This document shows, one piece after another, positions 58,606 through 64,000 of a stretch of 64,000 nucleotides of DNA (positions are counted from its first letter, which is position 1; each line of letters starts with the position of its first letter). Source of the DNA: Mytilus californianus (lineage: Eukaryota); the NCBI RefSeq assembly GCF_021869535.1, contig NW_026262582.1, positions 18,786,001 to 18,850,000 of the forward strand. The letters are read 5' to 3'. The notes beneath the pieces were generated by a model, which was given only the letters and a program-made list of their open reading frames with translations, had not been told where the DNA came from and did no database searches. The translations under genes and the position numbers were made by a program.

Positions 58606-59087
58606 TGGTAGCTAGATTTTCTTTTTAATAGAACGTTGTTTCATAATGTGATTTTGTGGTTTTCCCATATACCACATTTTGATTCTTTAAGAAGTTGATT
58701 CTCATTGTGTTCTTTAGTGGTCGCAAGAATTAGTCGCTAGCTTGATTGGTCGATAGCTTGATTGGTTGCTAGAATTGGTCGCTAGCTTGAGTCTGGTTAC
58801 AATTTGCGATAACAGTACAATTTCATATCGACTTCTTAAAGTGAACTCATGAACTCATTATTTTACCAAACCTAGCAAAAAAGATTAGATTTAAGAATAA
58901 ACCTGTGTGTTCGTCTCTCCAGCCCATCTTCTTTATCATTATTTTGAATTTCTTAAAAAATTGTTGAATAATTGATTATAAAATGCCAACATACCGATAT
59001 GAAGGATTTTAATTTTTGTTAGATGATCTAGAATTATACCCCTTTGAATATGAACTACCGATTCATACTTATCACCAGTTTTTTTTA

Positions 59088-59310
59088 CATGAGCAACATG
59101 ACGGGTTCCACATATGGAGCAGTATTTGATTACCCTTCCTGAGCTACTGGGATCACCCTCGGTTTTTGGTGGGGTTTGTGTTGCTCAGTTTTTAATTTTT
59201 CTATGTTGTGTTTTGTGTACTTTTGGGCTTTTTCTATTATTTTGCCATGGCGTTGTCAGTTTATTTTCGACTTGTGAGTTTGTTATATTTTGTCTCTCTT
59301 TTTTTTACCT
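59088..59310 (+). mobile_element. Penelope-associated non-autonomous repeat
   Basis: Homologous to 28348-28560 and 62465-62675. Confidence 0.65.
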
Positions 59311-60788
59311 AAATTGTTTACTCTTTTAAGAACCGACCTTTTCCTCGCAAATCCTCATATATAGTTTCTCGTATCTACTCGTAATTTACATGCAGTACAT
59401 TGTTATCTCCTAATATACAGTTCAGGTGCAGATCCAGGATTTTAAAAAGGGGCGGCCTTCCAAGCCAACGTTTGGAGTGATACTTGTAAAAAGTCTATGC
59501 ATTTATCATATATGAAGCTACATAAAAGAGACCAGGGTAACTACCCCCCTCCCCTTAATCCTCAGATGTGCATGTTAGGATGATGTTTCGATTTGTTGAG
59601 TTTTGTTTTTAGAGTAATGCCCCTTTCACCATAACAATTTTGGCCCTGTGCAGCATCGACCTTGTTATTTTAACAACTCCTTCTATACGTTTTATCGTAT
59701 TTACACTAAGCTTGGTAAATGGTTAGATCCTATATGGAAGAATTTTACAGCCCATTGATTTTTTTCAGAGAAAAAAAAAGACATTGTATGTGAAGTAAGC
59801 GGCCGATTTTTTGTCCGCTATTCGACATTTCTATATCGTCTGCTATAGGCCGAATCGATATTTGAAATGTCTAACTAGAAAAAAAGAAACAAATGGGTAT
59901 TTCAAAGATTTTTAAATGACAATTATATTCCAAACAGTAGATATGAAGAAAAAAGGTGATAGAAATTGTTTGTGTGACCACTACAGATATTTGTAATCGC
60001 GTTGTTTTCAAATATGGACCCTTACATAAAACACAATTCAATCGTCATCGATAAAACAGAATCAAAATAAGATTTTTCCACATTAGTACTTTAAATACAC
60101 GCACACCTAGTTCATCTGTGAACAAATATCTAATAATGGAAAAATTAATAATCAACAAAAAGCAAGGAAAATGGACCAGGTTCGTTGGATATACCTCTAT
60201 TGTCTCTGATCTTTCGATCTTCGTGACATTAATTCGAAAGATCTTTAAAATGTAGATGCAAGTGCTATTAGGAGGAATCTGCGAAAACTTTTTGTCTTTG
60301 ATATAAACGGGAGATCGTGAGGCATTTGAATTTCTGATCGTTCAATGTCTATAAACTTTAGCTTTCAGCTAGGCTTTACATACTAGATATAATTCCTATA
60401 AAAACCTTCTCTGACACTTTTCGTTGTCGATATGTATAGAGGACTTAAAATGTACCTTTGCTATTAAAGATCAAGGAAAAAGACCTGGTGTGTTGTATAG
60501 ACCTCTTTGATATTTCAATGTTTATGAAATTTTGCACAAACTTCGAAAAAATTTAACTTTGGTCCAATCATTCAATTTCATTACGAGACTTTTAAGGACA
60601 CAACTCTGACACTCCTCCGTCAAACCAACTAACTGTTACTAACAGTAGATCAACTACATCGTAACTGTTGTGAAATTGCATACTCAGTGTTGATATTGAT
60701 AAACGAGCACTGGTCTTAACCATTGTACACATACCCATTTCGTCTGCAACAGTATCATGAGAGCTGTGCCACTATTTTAGGGTCGTCG

Positions 60789-60875
60789 AGGCCTCGGTGG
60801 CTGAGAGGCCTAAGTAGTTCATCTACAGAGATTAATAGCTTCTTAACACTGAGATTGTGAGTTCGAACCCCGCTC
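60789..60875 (+). mobile_element. Truncated tRNA-derived SINE head (same family as 44328)
   Basis: GGCCTCGGTGGCTGAGAGG (A box) ... AACACTGAGATTGTGAGTTCGAACCC (B box). Confidence 0.7.
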
Positions 60876-61950
60876 TCTGAGTATCGTTAGTTGCTTAAAA
60901 TTATTATTATTTTTAGAATCACTACAAATAAACTTTACTGGTGTCTCTTTTGGAGAAGGAAAAGTTGACTTTTCGATAACATAAGTTCAATCTCGGTGTG
61001 TGCCGGGCAATCTGTAGGTGTCTAGAGTTTTTTGTTCTGTTTTTTCTTTTAGTTTTTCTTCATTTTGGTCCTTGTTTTTCAATCTTCAACCCGAGGTTTT
61101 CAATTGCTCATCGCAAATTCTTAATTTTTAAGTAACCAAGAAGTTATTATTTGTGTATTTGTTTGAAAGGAGAACAATAAGAGAAAAACCTTATTTCTTG
61201 GTGACACTTTTATGATTGTCATAAAATCGTACCTTACAATCAGGATTGCAAAAGTGCCACCATTCATTTCAATGTATTTAGTACTGTTATATATTATATA
61301 AAACATATCTTAAAATTAAAATCAGCAACAAAAACGTTCAATATATTTTATAGTTGTTTATTATTTAAGTGTACATGTTGCACTTACTGAGATTAAAAAA
61401 TATATTCTGTAACATATAAGGTGAGTATTGTGCTCTTTTACTAACTGAATTGAAAGGATAGAAATTGATTCGCAGATTGCAGAAAATTAATTATAATCAG
61501 CAACGTGTTTATGTTTCTGTCCTAATTTAGAAACCTTGTCAATGATTGTATTTTGATGGCAGTATGATGACGTCTATATTATTAAACAGATATATGTCTT
61601 ACTAATTCATAACTGATTCCAAATATTTTCATGAGTCAAAGGTTATATGACGTCTTTACACTAAATCCATTGGATGTTGGATGTGTACTGTTTGATATTT
61701 TAGTTTTAGATGCATGATTTTTTTTTGTTAGTTCTTATTGGCTTTGAACTAGATGTTAGTAACTGTGAGTACTCTCAGATCTGTACTTAGTGTCTTTTTA
61801 TTGTGAGGCTGTATAAGTACCCTGCCACGTCCACTTTTTGTTTTTGTTACTTGTTTTAGCTTTGTATCTATATGATCAGTTAAGCCCTTTTCAACTGATT
61901 TTTATAGTTTGTTCATATGGTGAACTGTTACACCACTGTCCAAGGTTAGG

Positions 61951-62150
61951 TTCTGGTGTATATATTTCCCAGTTGATACAATATTCAAGAACTTGTATTG
62001 ATAGATGGTTGCTGTCTACAAGGAAGCTATTTATTCAAAAGTTTCGAGTGGAGCAGGATCTACTTATCCTTCCGGAGCACCTGTGAACACCCCTATTTTT
62101 GTTTAAAAGATGTTCGTGTTGTTTTTTCTTAAGTTTTACATGTTATTCTT
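61951..62150 (+). mobile_element. Penelope-like RT thumb fragment fused to the non-autonomous repeat
   Basis: Translation GVYISQLIQYSRTC..LLSTRKL resembles the SYGVYTSQL..LL.QGF region of the 45145-46632 element. Confidence 0.6.
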
Positions 62151-62171
62151 TATGCTTTTTAATTTGTCAAT

Positions 62172-62299
62172 GTCTGTGCCGTGTATACCGGTAACAGTCT
62201 GTGTCGTGTATACCGGTAACACTCTGTGTCGTGTATACCGGTAACAGTCTGTGTCGTGTATACCGGTAACAGTCTGTGTCGTGTATACCGGTAACAGTC
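62172..62299 (+). repeat. 25-bp minisatellite x5
   Basis: GTCTGTGTCGTGTATACCGGTAACA x5, with two substitutions in total. Confidence 0.97.
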
Positions 62300-62464
62300 A
62301 GGAAAACGTGTTTCTAATTCAAATTCGGTCAAGTTAGGGCTTTTATAATTTACTTGACGGATGGTTTATTAATATGATGATGTCTTAAGGTTAAATAAGA
62401 GTTTACTACCAATCCGCTATTTTGTGATGCCTAATCACTTGCCATAACTCATGCTTGTATTGTA

Positions 62465-62675
62465 TAGGAGTTACACGACAGGTGTCGCTTGTGGAGCAGG
62501 GTCTGCCTACCCTTCCGTTGATCAGTCTTTAGTTTTCTATTTTGTGTTTGTGTACTGTTGTTTGTCTTTTCGTCGTTTTTTTAAATATATTTTTGGCCAT
62601 GGCCATGGCATTGTCAGTTTGTTTTCGACTTATGATTTTTGATATCTAGTTGGTATCCTTTGCTTTTCTTAACGA
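62465..62675 (+). mobile_element. Penelope-associated non-autonomous repeat
   Basis: ACACGACAGGTGTCGCTTGTGGAGCAGGGTCTGCCTACCCTTCCG...CCATGGCATTGTCAG. Confidence 0.65.
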
Positions 62676-62846
62676 CCCCCTTCCATACACGTCAGACGTT
62701 TCTTTTTCTAAAAGTAACCATCGTACATTTGAATAAAAAGAGCAATCTCCGGAGGATAGATGAAAATGACTGTTTTTCGTGGACAATATCGGTGCCCACT
62801 CATAACATCGTTTATTGGGGAAAAACATGATGTATATTGCGATGTC

Positions 62847-62870
62847 ATATATATATATATATATATATAT
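62847..62870. repeat. (AT)12 microsatellite
   Basis: Direct reading. Confidence 0.95.
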
Positions 62871-64000
62871 GTCTGCCTGAGACTCAGTGGTGAAAATATG
62901 AAAAACATTAACCTGCTCAACTTTACATTAATTTAAGGTCAAAATGTATAATGGTGCACGAATAAAACATTTGTTTCCCTTTTTCTGTTCTGATTTTGTA
63001 TGAATTAATTTGGTTAAAATGCACTAGAAAATATTATTAAGCGGGGATAACTCTGTAATTTGCTATCATTCTATCCAAAAGTTATCAGGACAGTTCTCGC
63101 ATTACCAGACACGCAGAAACGAAAGACCTACCATTTGTAACTCAGGATGAGTGTAACTTCAAAATAGGATGGTTAAGTCGGCGGGATTTTTTCGACCATG
63201 TTTTAAAATTCTTCTAAATTGCCTGATTCTTACAAAGACTGGAACTTTTAGCACTTAAGTATCCCCGATTCCCATAACCTTGAATACCAATAAATAAAGA
63301 TGCAATGACTTGCAAATTGATCCGTTTTATTTGTTCGAAAGTCTTTCATTATTAATTAAAAATATTGAACCTTTCAGAACATTTTTTCTTTTTTTCAAGA
63401 TTTAATTAAATTACTTGATGAATAGTATGCATGATTCAATGCATTAAGTAGACTCTTTTTTATACTGATATTCCAAGAAATAAACATGAAAATGATTTTT
63501 AACTGCATTACATTTTTCTAGATTAATAAATACCTTTTATATATTCATCAATTTTCATATTCATCATGATATACATTCATCCAGTATTTGAACGATAGAT
63601 ATATGTTGGTTAAGTCCTTGGGTTTGATTAACCAGACTTCATACTGTTCTTCGTATAGTCAAAATAGTATACATGAATACTCAAAGAGCACACTATTGCA
63701 CCAGTGGTTCGGATTGATAATTTATATCAGGGATTTTTCAATGTGTATCAAGTTACAACAGCCATATTGAAAGTGGTGTATTGTACATTGTAAAGCCATA
63801 CAAAATATTGGATAATAAAAAATCGTGCTAAATTAAATACAAGTTAACCGGATGGTACAATTGCTTATACTGTTTAGCGTTACCAGCTCTCAGACCACTC
63901 GTTTACCTCAATGATATAACCACTTACATTTGTGAATAATTTCGAACAATATGATGTTTCATATATATATAATCATAGCGTCATTTGTATTATGTATGAA

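Larger units (their letters stand above)
56426..58812. mobile_element. Foldback/Mutator-like element with long modular TIRs
   Basis: 56446-56618 matches the reverse complement of 58655-58796. TIRs are built of GCGACCAATTCTA / GCGACCAATCAAGCTA subunits, with more units on the left. Outer ends are TTATCGC (56426) and GCGATAA (58812). Confidence 0.8.

Noticed and set aside
59422-59566. Possible hAT-type MITE starting CAGGTGCAGATCCAGG
   Set aside because: The right TIR and 8-bp TSD are not recognisable.
52600-64000. Short ORFs after gene B as a possible further gene
   Set aside because: None shows recognisable protein motifs or a chainable exon structure; most overlap repeats.

Overview
AT-rich animal genomic DNA. 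The repeat landscape and gene family suggest a bivalve mollusc, probably Mytilus-like (inference, no database check possible). The window holds two tandem, + strand chitin synthase paralogues. Gene A is 5'-incomplete: 11 exons, 732-17889, 872 aa visible. Gene B appears complete: 15 coding exons, 25022-52058, about 1683 aa, with no myosin motor exons seen. All 11 shared exons keep the same intron positions and phases, and all catalytic motifs are intact (CATMWHE, RNKKRWSQ, LALDGDVDF, QQFEY, YDQGEDRW, QRRRW, SWGTRD). The introns do not align by eye and are filled with different mobile elements: a Tx1-like LINE, Penelope-like elements, tRNA-derived SINEs, Helentron-associated HINEs, and TTAA- and TTATC-terminated MITE/foldback elements. 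Most notable observations: (1) a near-perfect 39-aa x 5.8 acidic S/T/N repeat array inserted between transmembrane helices of gene B; (2) intronic minimal type I hammerhead ribozymes from two covarying families, one fully intact and all full-length ones antisense to the genes; (3) a duplicated decoy 3' splice site in gene B that would truncate the enzyme; (4) an orphan third copy of the chitin synthase poly(A) region, suggesting a lost paralogue; (5) a conserved C-terminal DSNV PDZ-type motif; (6) a perfect 44-bp hairpin in the likely 3'UTR of gene A. Exon joins were derived by hand from GT-AG sites, reading frame and paralogue comparison.
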